Shown in pieces: positions 1 to 14,846 of a DNA stretch of 64,000 bases. The notes beneath the pieces are model-generated. The model had not been told where the DNA came from, searched no databases, and saw nothing but the letters and a program-made list of their open reading frames with translations. Source of the DNA: the human T2T-CHM13v2.0 reference genome, Homo sapiens; assembly GCF_009914755.1 (NCBI RefSeq), contig NC_060929.1, one strand, 5' to 3'. The translations under genes and the position numbers were made by a program. Numbering within the stretch: position 1 is the first letter of the stretch; every line of letters starts with the position of its first letter.

Positions 1-119
1 AATTAATTAAGGAGGTAATTTTTTAATAATCTGAATCTGAAGATTCAGTATATAGAACAAAAAATTCCACAATATTTGTACAAAAAGACGAAAACATTTT
101 TTCTACATCTGAGGAATTA

Positions 120-549
<430 letters not shown>

Positions 550-685
550 TCAAAAATGAAGTGCTGGGTGGCTAAATTATTTGTTGTGACAGTGACTCTT
601 ACAGAAAATAGATGATAAAAATTAGTGTCATGACAATAATTTAAATTATAATTTTTAATGCCAAAAAATAATTTATACTTTCTAG

Positions 686-752
686 ATTGAAGAAGAAGCA
701 AATGGAGACATTTTTGACATAGAAATTGGTGTATCAGATCCAGAAAAAGTTG
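686..752 (+). CDS. SNX2: SNX2 coding exon (probably exon 4): IEEEANGDIFDIEIGVSDPEKV(G), start of PX domain
   Basis: tctag| acceptor, G|gtgagt donor, 67 nt, phase 0->1; peptide recognised as SNX2. Confidence 0.96.
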
Positions 753-897
753 GTGAGTCAATACTTATTATATTTTGTATTTACTTTTTATTAGTTTGTT
801 GGTTTTGTATGGTTTTTCTTCATACATCAGTATAGTATTAAATGAGTTTTATTTTTATGCATGTGATTTTAATAGTAGTGTTTGACTTTTTTTGCAG

Positions 898-941
898 GTG
901 ATGGCATGAATGCCTATATGGCATATAGAGTAACAACAAAG
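898..941 (+). CDS. SNX2: SNX2 coding exon 5: (G)DGMNAYMAYRVTTK
   Basis: ttttttgcag| acceptor, AAG|gtgagc donor, 44 nt, phase 1->0. Confidence 0.96.
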
Positions 942-2287
942 GTGAGCTTTTTGTGCTTTTAAAAAAACTATCGAGCCCTCATTATGTGTAGTATGAGGAT
1001 ATGGCTATGATTAAGGTAGAAGTGATCCCTGTCTTTATAAAGGTTACCACCTAATAAAGATTGCCAAGAAGTAGGTGCAATGAGTTGTGAGTGGTTTGAT
1101 ATGTAGTGTTCAGTGAGAGTATGCAGGATGGGACCTGATTTAGACCTCTGGATGCCTAAGCCAAGACATAGGTGAGGGAAATGATGGGGAGGAGGGGGGG
1201 AAGAAGAAGAATGCTTGTGCCAGGTGAGGAATTTGCTTGTGCAAAAGCCAAAAGTGAAGAAAGCATCGTGCTTTCTAGAATCTCCAAGAAGTGATGCATG
1301 ATTGAAACGTTTGGCAGTAAGCCTTTGTGTATTATGAGCAGCCACATTTTAAGGAGTTTGGCTTCATGCTGAGTATAATGGAGAGCCATTAAAGAAGTTC
1401 AAAGAAGAGTGTGGCACAAGTAGGTTTTTGTTTTAGAAATATTTCTTTGGCCTCAGTATGAATTGGGAGGGTCAAAGTAGAGGTCAGGATTTCCAGTTAA
1501 AGGGACACTGCAATGATTAAAGGATTGTATGCCTTTAAATATTAAAAGAGCATGTCTGTCACAGCAGTTCTAGCTGTAAGCAGTAATACTTTATACTAAG
1601 AAAATGGTTCTGGAGATGAGCAAAATAAGTGGCTTCTTGAGTTATGTAGGCGGTAGAATTGACAGGACTTGGATGTAATGGGTGAGGAAGGAGAAGGATG
1701 CCTAGGTTATTGACTAGAGGGACTTTGCAGCTGTGAGAGTGATCCATGGAGAAAGGCAACACGGGCAGGAACACAGTGAGGATGAGGATGACAGTTGTTA
1801 ATTCATTGGATAAATATTCATTAAACACCTACCATGGTGTCAAGCTTTGTTGCAAGCCCTGGGGTATAGTAGTAAACAATACAGACAAGGGTGGCATCTT
1901 ATAGAACTTATGTTCCAGCAGGGGGAAATAGGGTAAGTTTGAAGTGCTGGTGAGATTTAAGTGGAGGGGTATTTGGATATATTGGACTGAAGCTTTGTAA
2001 GATATCTGGGCCAGATGTAAAGATTTAAGAATTATTAGCGTAAATAGAGTGAATAAGACCAGTTAAGATAGAATAATGCAAATACTTTTTTGTCCTATTA
2101 AGATTCTGTAAAATACATCTATGGTTTAGGTTTTTTTTTAGTTAGAAACCTATATACCACATTAGTTAGATACTCTGCATTCTTTTGCAAAGTAGATACA
2201 TGTATGTGTTCACAATTATGTATAACATTAACTTGTGGAATAATTGCTTGCTATTCAAAATTTGAAACACCTCTTCTTCACTTGTAG

Positions 2288-2429
2288 ACATCTCTTTCCA
2301 TGTTCAGTAAGAGTGAATTTTCAGTGAAAAGAAGATTCAGCGACTTTCTTGGTTTGCACAGCAAATTAGCAAGCAAATATTTACATGTTGGTTATATTGT
2401 GCCACCAGCTCCAGAAAAGAGTATAGTAG
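2288..2429 (+). CDS. SNX2: SNX2 coding exon 6: TSLSMFSKSEFSVKRRFSDFLGLHSKLASKYLHVGYIVPPAPEKSIV(G)
   Basis: cttgtag| acceptor, G|gtaagc donor, 142 nt; PX hallmark motifs RRFSDF and PPAPEK. Confidence 0.97.
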
Positions 2430-2659
2430 GTAAGCACAAATTTTTCAAAAATTAATTTTTGTTACTGTTACTAGTTCAGTTTTAACTGTATAGATTTGTG
2501 GATTTCTTAGTCATTCACTGTCAACATTTTATAATGTGTAGACATAACTGAATTTAAGTATTTCATTTATACTAATCATGCATGGATTGAAGAATGTATT
2601 GGTAATAGTTTTATTTTCTAACACTTGAGGATTTTTGTTTATGTAATACAGTAATGTTA

Positions 2660-2950
<291 letters not shown>

Positions 2951-3140
2951 TTGGGTTGAAATTTATGAAGTTAAAAGCAGTTGGAAGCCCTAACCTTTTA
3001 GGGTCACTAGATTACCATTTTACTGAGTCACAATCAGAGAATACTTAATATTATTAATATGTTAACATTTTTCTAAGGGATGGAGGTGTTAGACCCTCAC
3101 TAGCCTTGGCTCATATAAGAGCTATTTAAATTCATCTTAG

Positions 3141-3480
<340 letters not shown>

Positions 3481-3635
3481 ACATTTGTACTTCCATAAGC
3501 AATAAAGACTTAGTTAAGAAACTGCAGAAAATTACAAAAGAGGAGGAAACCTCCATAGGCCTACCATTAAAAGACATCTGTCATCTCAAAATTTTGTAGT
3601 ATTTTATTCAATGCTTTTTCAGTCATAGGTTTTTA

Positions 3636-4240
<605 letters not shown>

Positions 4241-4598
4241 AAATTTTGCTGATTTTTAAATTATTGTTTTTACTTTTTTAAACATTAGGTTTATAAAGCA
4301 ATGTTATTGGTACCCTTTACAGTTTCAGAACCTAATGTATTTAGATGAATTTGTTATATTCTTTCTTTTTTTAAATTCAAAAATTGAGTTTAGTGGTTCT
4401 TTAACTTTTTGGTCTTTCAAGACCCCTTTGTAGGGATGGTTCAATCCAAAGTGTTGAAATCTGTAGGGATGGTTCTATAGGGACGGTTCAATCCAAAGTG
4501 TTGAATCAGGGATGGTTCAATCCAAAGTGTTGAAATTACAGGCATGAGTCACCACACCCAACTGAAATACATTTAATGTAGATTAAATTGTTTAAAAC

Positions 4599-4895
4599 TT
4601 TTTTGCTTTTTCTTGAGATGGAGTCTTGCTCTGTTGCCCAGGCTGGAGTGCAGTGGTGCTATCTTGGCTCACTGCAAGCTCTGTCTCCCGGGTTCATGCT
4701 ATTCTCCTGCCTCAGCCTCCTGAGTAGCTGGGACTACAGGCGCCCGCCACCACGCACAGCTAATGTTTTGTATTTTTAGTAGAGATGGGGTTTCACCATG
4801 TTAGCCAGGATGGTCTCGATCTCCTGACCTCATGATTCGCCCGTCTCAGCCTCCCAAAATGCTGGGATTACAGGCGTGAGCCACCGCGCCTGGCC
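4599..4895 (-). mobile_element. AluY-like
   Basis: Diagnostic gttagccaggatggtctcgatctc; TSD tgtttaaaactttt. Confidence 0.93.
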
Positions 4896-4908
4896 TGTTT
4901 AAAACTTT

Positions 4909-4966
4909 TATGTGTGTGTGTGTGTGTGTGCGTGTGTGTATATATATACACATGCGCGCGCGCGCA

Positions 4967-5013
<47 letters not shown>
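4909..5013. repeat. Compound (TG)n(TA)n(CG)n(CA)n microsatellite
   Basis: Uninterrupted purine/pyrimidine alternation over about 105 nt. Confidence 0.95.
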
Positions 5014-5015
<2 letters not shown>

Positions 5016-5779
5016 CACCATTCCAAAAAGGATTTCAGGCAACTACAGATAATACAGTTTATATATAGAGAAATTATCAGGAAAAAAATAAATGTAGTCA
5101 AATAGTAATATGAAGCCAAGCAAAACAATTTCTTCAAAGTATGGTGAAGTCTTGAATAATTATTAAAGGTGGGTGACAAATTAATCTTTGAACTTCTAAT
5201 TACATAGCTGGTGGTTTTCAGGTAACTTACACTTATAGCAGGGAGCATGGAAAAAGAGTCATAACTTCTCCTGTTTGCTGGGAAGCTTTATAACTGCCAC
5301 TGAAGGGAGAGTCTTCATTAGCACGTAACTCTCTACTTTGGTAGGACCTTAGTTGACCTAAGAAGACTATTCCATTTAAACTGTTAGAACAACAAAGTTG
5401 AAAAGTATTAAAAGTTAACTAGTTACGGTAGGTTGTTTGGGGTTTTATTTATTTATTTATTTATTTATTTATTGGTCACAATGTCCCTTAACAATTAACC
5501 TCTAAAAAGTAGAATGGATAGAAGGTTTTTAACTTCAGTGAAGAACTACCCAGTGGTGAGATTTTTTTTCAGGGAAATAGAGTTTGTGAAACAATTCACA
5601 TCCCAATTCCGGTAGTTCAGTCAGAGGTAGTTGTAGTTTTAGGTGTCTTATTTTCCTTTTGAAGCCATTGTATTCCATTGGAATTTTAAATAAAACATTA
5701 ATAGGTGATTAATAAGTTAATTAATGTGCCAAACTGAAGATGTACCAAACTGAAGAATTGTATGGTTTTACATAATCCA

Positions 5780-6430
5780 TTTTTAAAAGGCTTTATTGGA
5801 ATATAATTTACATACCATATAATTCATCCATTTAAAGTGTCTAGGTCGGGTGTGGTAGCACATGCCTGTAATCCTAGCACTTTGGGAGGCTGAGGCAGTT
5901 GGATTGCTTGAGCTCAGGGGTTTGAGACCAGCCTGGGCAACACAGCAAAATCTTGTCTCTACAAAAAATTAGCTGGGTGTGGTGGTGCGTGCTGGTGGTC
6001 CCAGCTACTCAGGATTGCTTGAGCCTGGGATATAGGGGCTGCAGTGAACCGTGATCATGCCACTGCACTCCAGCCTAGGTGACAGAGTGAGACCGTGTTT
6101 CGAAAAAGAAAAAAAAAAGGGTATCCAGTTCACTGGCTTTTAATATATTAAGAGTTGTGCATACATTACCACAGTCAATTTTAGAATATTTTTATTACCC
6201 CAAAATGGAATCTGGGATCCCTTAGCCATCATCCCCTAATGTCCTCATTTTCCCCAGCCCTAGGCAGTCACTAATTTACTTTCTTTCTCTAAGTGTTTAC
6301 CTATTCTGGACATTTCATGTAAAAAGGATCATGCAGTAGATGATTTTTTTGTGTGTGACAAATTCCTTCCACTTAGCATCATATGTTCAAGGTTATTTCA
6401 TGTTGTAGCATATATCAATACCTTGTTTCC
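5780..6430 (-). mobile_element. Old L1M(B) 3' end interrupted by an AluJ-like element (5844..6118, +)
   Basis: gctttattggaatataatttacataccatataattcatccatttaaagtgt; ctattctggacatttcatgtaa. Confidence 0.65.
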
Positions 6431-7116
6431 ACAGAATACATTTTTGAAAGGAAAAAGAACAGGAGAATAAAAGAGAAAAATCTGCAGCCTGAAATTAAAT
6501 TGCCCTTACAGAAGTAATTAACATGACTTATTTTTTAAATCTGAAGTTATAAATGACTCTGTGAAAGAGCTTTTTCTTTCAATCATTGTAAAACCAGCTG
6601 TGATAAGTAAATAAGAACATGCTCTTAGAATCTGCAGGAGGGAAAACATAACAAATTCATGGATTACATTTACTTTTATTTTTGTCATCCCAAAGTAAAG
6701 AATTTTAATTATTGCTCATGAGAAATGAAAATGTTAATTGAGCTTAAATTTATTGATTTGAAATTCCATTATGTATATCGGGTTAGAAACACATTTTAAT
6801 TTACCAGGAGTATAAAATACAACAGATAAGGGATCTTTTTGATGTAAGCTTTTCTGTAAACAAAAGCAGTATGGGTCAGAAAACTATAAACATTTTATCT
6901 GTTCTCTCATGTTTTAAGTATTTACCAAGTAAAGATGTTAACGTATCATGAGATTTAATTCCTCAAAACGTTTTTGCTTTTTAGATAAGATACCAGTTAC
7001 AAGTTTAGGGCTGTTAAGTTCAAATTTTGAGTGTATTTTAAATTATGAAGAAATGATTATGAAAGACTTTCACAGCAATATAAAGTCATCATGAATCTCA
7101 TTCAACTTCTTCAAAG

Positions 7117-7195
7117 GGATGACCAAGGTCAAAGTGGGTAAAGAAGACTCATCATCCACTGAGTTTGTAGAAAAACGGAGAGCAGCTCTTGAAAG
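7117..7195 (+). CDS. SNX2: SNX2 coding exon 7: (G)[25 protein letters not shown](R)
   Basis: cttcttcaaag| acceptor, AG|gtaatt donor, 79 nt, phase 1->2. Confidence 0.95.
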
Positions 7196-7839
7196 GTAAT
7201 TCTAGACAGCTATATTTTATTACTCTCATGTTTGTACCTTAATATAAATGTAATTCCATTATATGGCAAAACTGTGTTTTAATGATTAAATTTTTTCCAA
7301 AGTACCACTTGGTGGCTTTTAAGACTGCTTTAAACTTTTTTAAGAAAATTACTTCTTTCAACAAAGTACTGTATAATTGTTCTGTATAATTTTTAGTAAT
7401 CCTCATCAATAGTCTAACAAAATAACACTTGTTTTTCTATTATATGCTACAAGCAGGAGCATATAATAGAAAACATATAAAGACATGAGTTAGCTGGGGA
7501 TAGAATTGTATCATAGGTAGTCACCAAGAGTTACTAAGAAACTGCTAAACTTGGAAAACATGGAAGTTGTGAATGGGGGGAAAAATAAAAATTTTTGGAT
7601 GCAAATAATCCCACTTTGGTCTTATTTAGGTTTCTGGGAAGTTATACCACACTCATGTACTGTGTTGGATAGTATAGCTAATTATAGTTCATCTAAATTA
7701 ACTTTTCTGATGAGTTTTTACTTAGTAAGAACATTATTAAATACAGTGAGAAGTACAGTTTGTGCCCCCCTTGTGTTTGTATAATTGATTTTTACTTGAA
7801 TGTACAAAAGTATTAGTCTTTGCTTGAGTTGACTATATA

Positions 7840-8172
7840 CAGTTGACCCTCCATATCTGTGGGTGCCTTATTTGTGGATTCAACTAACTATGGATGGAAA
7901 ATATTTGAAAAAAATAATTACATCTATACTAAACATGTGCAGACATTTTTGGTCATTATTGTCTAAACAATACAGCTTAACAACTGTTTTCATAGTATTT
8001 CCATTATATTAGGTATTATAAGTCTAGAGATGACTTAAAGTATATGAGAGGCTGTCCATAGGTTATTATGCAAACACTACGCCATTTTCTATCAGGGATT
8101 TGAACATTTGCAGATTTTGGTATCCATAGGATGTCCTGGAACCAGTCCCCCACTGGTACTGAGGGACAGCTA
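7840..8172 (-). mobile_element. MER2-type non-autonomous Tc1/mariner (Tigger family) element
   Basis: Degenerate TIRs cagttgaccctccatatc ... gtactgagggacagcta, TA at both ends, internal match to recalled MER2 consensus. Confidence 0.8.
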
Positions 8173-8827
8173 TACTTAAAGACTAATATATATGCTCTGT
8201 TTTCCTTTAGAGTACTTGACTCTACACATTTCCTATAGCTTTGAAGACTTGTCTTCCTTGAAGCAGACTAAAAGGGGGACAGATGGGAGGATGGGAAGAA
8301 CCACACTTCCATAATCTTAGAATTATTCCTTCCTTGCTATGCTGACAAAGTGAGAAAACAAATATAAATTATCTTAAAGCCCAGCATTTAAGACACAAGT
8401 TGGTAATTACCTAGGCTTGAAACTTTCTAATTTCACTGGTTTTTTTGTTTGCTTGCTCTTTATTTTTCTCTGGCTTAAAATCAGTGGTTAGGGTGAATAG
8501 CACAGGTCTTGGGGGTGGTATCTATTTCTCTAGGTCACAAATTTTTTTTTAAACTATTTCAAGGCAACTTATTTCTAGTTTTCAGTAGTAAATTGTTTAA
8601 ATTTCAAGAAAAATGGTACAGTGAAGTTAGATTTGAACAATTTAAGAAAAGCTAAAGAATATGTAGTTTAAAATCTTAGAGAAGACTTAAAGATGGGATT
8701 ATGTCTGAGAATCTGCAGTTACCCAGAAAAAGGATTTAAATTGCATCAAGAGAAGTTTAGGTTAGGCATTTGAATTGATTCTATTGTAGGAGAGGTCATA
8801 GACTGAATATTTTTAAGAATAAAGGTA

Positions 8828-9259
8828 AATCGGATGGTTGCCGGGTCTGTGTGGATAGAAGTAGACATGGGAGACTTTTCATTTTGTTCTGTACTAAGAA
8901 AAATTCTTCTGCCTTGGGATCCTGTTGATCTGTGACCTTATCCCCAACCCTGTGCTCTCTGAAACATGTGCTGTGTCCACTCAGGGTTAAATGGATTAAG
9001 GGCGGTGCAAGATGTGCTTTGTTAAACAGATGCTTGAAGGCAGCATGCTCGTTAAGAGTCATCACCACTCCCTCATCTTAAGTACCCAGGGACACAAACA
9101 CTGCGGAAGGCCGCAGGGTCCTCTGCCTAGGAAAACCAGAGACCTTTGTTCACTTGTTTATCTACTGACCTTCCCTCCACTATTGTCCTATGACCCTGCC
9201 AAATCCCCCTCTGCGAGAAACACCCAAGAATGATCAATAAAAAAAAAAAAAAAAAAAAA
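8828..9259 (+). mobile_element. 5'-truncated SVA (SINE-R part plus polyA)
   Basis: SINE-R sequence ending ...gagaaacacccaagaatgatcaataaa(A)n; perfect 13-bp TSD aagaataaaggta (8815..8827 / 9260..9272) preceded by a TTTT/AA L1-endonuclease site. Confidence 0.93.
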
Positions 9260-10389
9260 AAGAATAAAGGTAGATAATGGTCTGCCTTGATTTCGCTTAG
9301 TCTTTCCTGAAAATGTAACCATGACCCTTTGAGAGACCTTTCAAGTCTTATTTTTCTATGAGTAAATTTGAAGTATTTCAGATGGCATGCTTGATAAGGA
9401 ACTTAATGAAGATTTATTGTACCAAGGACATATAATTTGATTCTACCTTTACGTTTCTTCCAACTTGGCTGCATTGCATAGTACTTACCATACCTTCATG
9501 TACTATGAAATGTTGAGGAGAGTTTTAAGGGATATTGAAACTTGACCCTGTTTGTATAAAGACACTTTCTTTACTGATAAATGCTACTTGTTAAATGGTA
9601 CCATAGTGGAATTTGCAATAGTGAAAAAAAGAAAGAAACAGTATAGTATGAGGGAAAAGTTCATTTTCAATTAGAAAAAAATCACTGAAGAAAATATAGG
9701 CATAAAGGTGTAGAAGCAAAGGAACTGGAATGGTTTCTTTTAATCTAATCTTAATTCTTCTGTCCAAGCTAATTTTCCTGTACACATTTATTTTTTAATC
9801 TGTACAGGATTCTAAAACTGCATTTTTCTTGCCCTTTCATATAGGCAGCTTTTCTAAAGTGATTTTTCTGTGATATTTCTTAAACTTTAAACATCAAACA
9901 GGTACCATCTGTGGGATACCCAACCCAGTTGGATCTGGTGGGTTAGGGAAGCATTTTTCTTCGTATTATTTTATTTAATAGTATGATATTTACGTATTCG
10001 TTCAAACTTAGATAATCCAGATGACTACCTTGAATGAAAGGATAAATATCTGGTATTAAAGGTTAGGAAGAGAAAAGGAGTGGTTAAATACCCAAGTATT
10101 CCCCTGTGCCACACTCAGTAAAGTAAGCAGAGACTGCTTCTATTAAGAGTAGCCCTAACATCACTTGCTTGGTTTTCTTGAGAGTGCTTCAGATCTTTAG
10201 ATCATATTGAGTGTATTTTATAGGTAAGGATACACATCTGCAAATACAAAATGAGAAATTTAGAGCATAATAATAAGTGTATAAGATTTATAATTCCTTT
10301 TCAGTTGAAACCTGTGCTAATACTACACACTTTCTGTGTGACCTTAGGTAAATTACTTACATGCATTTGTCTTTAAAGTGTAAGTGTGA

Positions 10390-10665
10390 GGCTGGGCGCG
10401 GTGGCTCACACCTGTAATCCCAGCACTTTGGGAGGCTGAGGTGGGTGGATCACGAGGTCAAGAGATCAAGACCATCCTGGCCAACATGGTGAAACCCTGT
10501 CTCTACTAAAAATACAAAAAATTGGCTGGGTGTGGTGGCGCGTGCCTGTAGTCACAGCTACTTGGGAGGCTGAGGCAAGAGGCTTGAACCCAGGAGGCAG
10601 AGGTTGCAGTGAGCCAAGATTGTGCCACTGCGTTCCAGCCTGTCGACAGAGTGAGACTCCGTCTC

Positions 10666-10716
<51 letters not shown>

Positions 10717-10717
10717 A
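10390..10717 (+). mobile_element. Alu with (TAAA)n microsatellite tail
   Basis: Dimeric Alu; about 12 TAAA units at 10666..10717. Confidence 0.95.
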
Positions 10718-10869
10718 ATGTAGTGTGTCAGGATTGTGTTCATTTCAAGCATCTAAAAATCCAGCTGGCCTAAACAGTTAATGTAGATTAATTAATCCAC
10801 TCTTTCAAATCAAAGAGTTTGGAGTAGGCAGCTGTTCAGGATTATCTAATTCATTAGGAAATTCTATTG

Positions 10870-11670
10870 CTTCTTTCTGATATCTGATAATACAACCTTT
10901 TCTCACCAGTCTACTGACTGAGTCCAAAGGTGTTAATTAACTGCAGTAGCCTCCTAATTGGTGTCCCTGATTCCATTCTTGGCACTTCTACTTTAATACA
11001 GAACTTTACAGTAGTCATTCTAAAATATAAATCAGATCATTTTAACCCCTCCCCACCCTGGCCCCATGCCCCCATTTTACTCAATAAAAGCCAGAGTCCT
11101 TTTAATGGACTACAAGACTTTATATGACCTGCACGCCTCACTCTGTTACCCATTTGATCTCATATCCTCCGTGATCACTCACTCTGCTTTAGGCCAGACT
11201 AACCTTTTGCTGCTTCTCAAACACCCTAGGCATTTTCCTACCTTAGAGTCTTTTCAACTGCCTGCTCCCTCTGCCTAGAATGCTTTGTTCCTAGGTATCT
11301 GCATAGCTAACTCATTTCCTTGTTCAAGTTCGTATGTTCAAATAACATCTTTCAAGTGAAGCCTATTCCAGTCATTGGCTTTCTTCTGACCTATTCTATT
11401 TATATTGCCACCAACCACATCTTAAATACTTGGTCCCATTTACCCCATTGTTCTGTCTTTTTTTCCCATAGCTTTTGCCACCTTGTCACATGCTTTATCA
11501 TTTGTATGTTTATTATGCTTATAGTTTATTGTCTATCTTGTACTAAAATGTAAGCTTCACCAGGGAAAGAATCTTAGTCCCTTTTGCTCACTGATGTGTT
11601 CCAAGTACTCAAAACAGTGCTTAATAGGTAGTAAGAGCTCAGTAAGTATTTGCTGAATGAACAAGTGAAT
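10870..11670 (+). mobile_element. L2 LINE remnant
   Basis: L2 3' end gctcagtaagtatttgctgaatgaacaagtgaat; internal ctgcctagaatgct. Confidence 0.6.
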
Positions 11671-12608
11671 GTTATCCAAGACCCAGGCTCTTTCTACCTT
11701 TTTATTCTCCCATTATGTGCATTTGTGTTTTAGTTTCAAGCAAGATAAATATTTGTAACTCTGTTGCTCTCAAGCGTTTTATATAACCTGCTTTATTTTG
11801 TTTTGTTTCTGGTAAGTAAATAAGAATTTGAAAGCCTTGAGTGATTTTTCATCAGTAACTTGAAGTAAATTTGAAGAACAATTACTGAGCACCTCTTATT
11901 GGATGTGATATTGATCAATTCCATTGTCTTTTATTTCTGACTTTTTTCAGTGTTTCTATTTCTCCCCATACCTCTTTTCCTGTCTTCTTCCTACACTCAT
12001 TTACCCTTTTTGTCCCGTGTCTTTCCTTTGTATTACAACCATCTCTGGTCTTAATTCCGAATTGGCATATGTTTATAAATATTTATTGTTTTAAAATCCA
12101 TTTTATGTTTCTGTTCTTAATTTCAACATTATGTAAACATATATATAAAAGCATATAAGCTTATATATGAGAAACATATATATAAACTAAAAAATGCATA
12201 CATGTATTTTTTAGTATATGTATTTAGTATATGTATTAGCTTTATTTTATGTTGCCCTTGAGAAGGAAAGTTTTATTCCCTTTTTCTGGAATATCATTTT
12301 TCAAAATTGATTCTTCAGAATGCTAATATGTAGTAGAATGAAAAAGATCTATAGTCAATTGAGTTTTGTCAACATAGGATTTAACAAAGTTAAACTAGGG
12401 TTATTTTCTGTAGGAGTTCTCACAACACTTAATAAAATGCTGTTTGATATGAATTTTAAAAGACAGGAATATATATATATTTCAAACTTTCTTGATATGG
12501 AATCAGTCTTTTTCATGGAATAGTACGTGAGACTAGTATTCTACAGAACTCACTTTGGAAAGCTGTTTTAGAATATAAATTATACAAGGTATTTCCACTT
12601 AGGTTTGA

Positions 12609-12937
<329 letters not shown>

Positions 12938-13609
12938 TAAGTACTAGATGTTTTGTCCTTCTTGGGTTTTTGTTTGTTTTTTACAAGTATCTGAGTGCCT
13001 GCTATTACCTAGCTGTTGTATGCACTGAGATGAGCAACTTATGCAAACTGCCTTCAAGTAGTACTCAGTCTAAACAACGAAATAACTTATCTGATAGATT
13101 GTGAGAGAACTTCAGTGTTAAAATTGTAAGTCAAATTCAAGTGGGGAAATACCAACATTTCTTAAACCTGCAGGATTAGTGTTCTTGCTGCATCCCTTTT
13201 TTGGCTTCATAATATAGGTAGCAAAAATTTTTTTAAACCCAGCATAGATTGTATCGAAGATACCTGTTAAATGCTCTGGTTCTAGTATAATGACTTCTTA
13301 TGTGGGCTACTGACTTAAAACGAAGTTTAGTATGCTGTATATTTTATTTAAATATATAAAAACAGAAGTTAACATTTTGATACTGATAAAATAGTCATTT
13401 TTATCAATGTATAGAATTTGACTTTAGAGAAGATTATCACTTTTTTGGAAACCTTAATTTTAGGCATATTTTATAATCTTATAAAAAGGTAGAAGAAATT
13501 ACTGACTACATTTATTCTAAAGAAATAAAATAAATATGTTATTGCGAGGAAAAATATTATAACTGAAATATTACTGCATATGGTTATTAACTTGGGGAAA
13601 GATAGCAGG

Positions 13610-13924
13610 TTTTTTTTGGTTTTTTTTGTTTTTTTGTTTTTTGAGACGGAGTTTCACTCTGTCACCCAGACTGGAGTGCAGTGGCAGGATCTCGGCTCAC
13701 TCCAACCTCCACCCTCCAGGTTCAAATGATTCTCCTTCCTCGGCCTCCTGAGTAGCTGGGACTACAGGCACCTGCCACTGCGCCCGGCTAATTTTTTGTA
13801 TTTTTAGTAGAGATGGGGTTTCACCATCTTGGCCAGGCTGGTCTTGAACTCCTGACCTCGTGATCCACCCGCCTCGGCCTCCCAAAGTGCTGGGATTACA
13901 GGCGTGAGCCACCGCGCCCAGCCG
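13610..13924 (-). mobile_element. Alu
   Basis: Antisense Alu, TSD gatagcag. Confidence 0.95.
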
Positions 13925-14770
13925 ATAGCAGTTGTTTTTAATGGGATTAGATGAGTAATCGAGAATCATCAAATAGTTGACCTTATTTCCTTTTATGAAG
14001 TCATGATTGGTAATTTATTATGGGTGACAGGCACATGTGAGCTTTTCTAATAAAGGGAAATTGATTTCATAGTGGTATTTCTAACTTTTTCATTTTTATT
14101 CATTTTATGTGGTATTCGTTTATTTGATTTTGTATGGTATCAAATTAGATAAGACATTTACCAAAAACAGCAAAACCTTAAAAATAGAAATACTGAATAA
14201 ATACCTTTGAAGAGGTATGGGGAAAATACTGAAGAAAATTTAGTTCTTGTCAAGTGAGGACTAAAGCTAATTGTGATCATTTAAATATGCTGACACGCAA
14301 AAAAGTATTGGTAGACTCTTCCCCATTCTGATGATAATAGCAGTTTAAAACTTGGTTGAGTGGAATATATATAGTAATATTAATATGTTTCTTAGAACTC
14401 TAAAATTATAGTTGAGAACATGACTCCACCCAAAGATAAAATGATGCAACAAACTCACATACCCCTTTGCAACATAATACTTTGCAATGAGAAGTTTGGT
14501 AAGTTATTTAACCTCTCCCCACTCCCACCCCTTGCCATTTCTCTTTTTACGTAATTATGAAAACTGGATAGTATATCAATTTTCAAAAGATGAACAAAAA
14601 CCTTTTTAATTATTAAATTGCTGTAAGATTCTAAGTAATTACAGTGAGAGTAGTCTAATACGAGGTAGTGAGGACACTTTTTTTTCCTAGTATTTCTATT
14701 TTTTTATCATTTTGTTGAACTGTAATTCAAGATGCTACTGATAAAGGAGCAATTTTACTCTTAAATCTAG

Positions 14771-14846
14771 GTATCTTCAAAGAACAGTAAAACATCCAAC
14801 TTTACTACAGGATCCTGATTTAAGGCAGTTCTTGGAAAGTTCAGAG
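14771..14846 (+). CDS. SNX2: SNX2 coding exon 8: (R)[25 protein letters not shown], end of PX domain
   Basis: tctag| acceptor, GAG|gtatta donor, 76 nt, phase 2->0. Confidence 0.95.

Noticed and set aside
4432-4534. 27-nt repeats as a CRISPR-like array
   Set aside because: Eukaryotic intron, irregular spacing, spacer made of a partial repeat, no cas genes; better explained as a repair scar
12135-12240. AT-rich palindrome atataagcttatat and short direct repeats
   Set aside because: Expected by chance in low-complexity AT sequence
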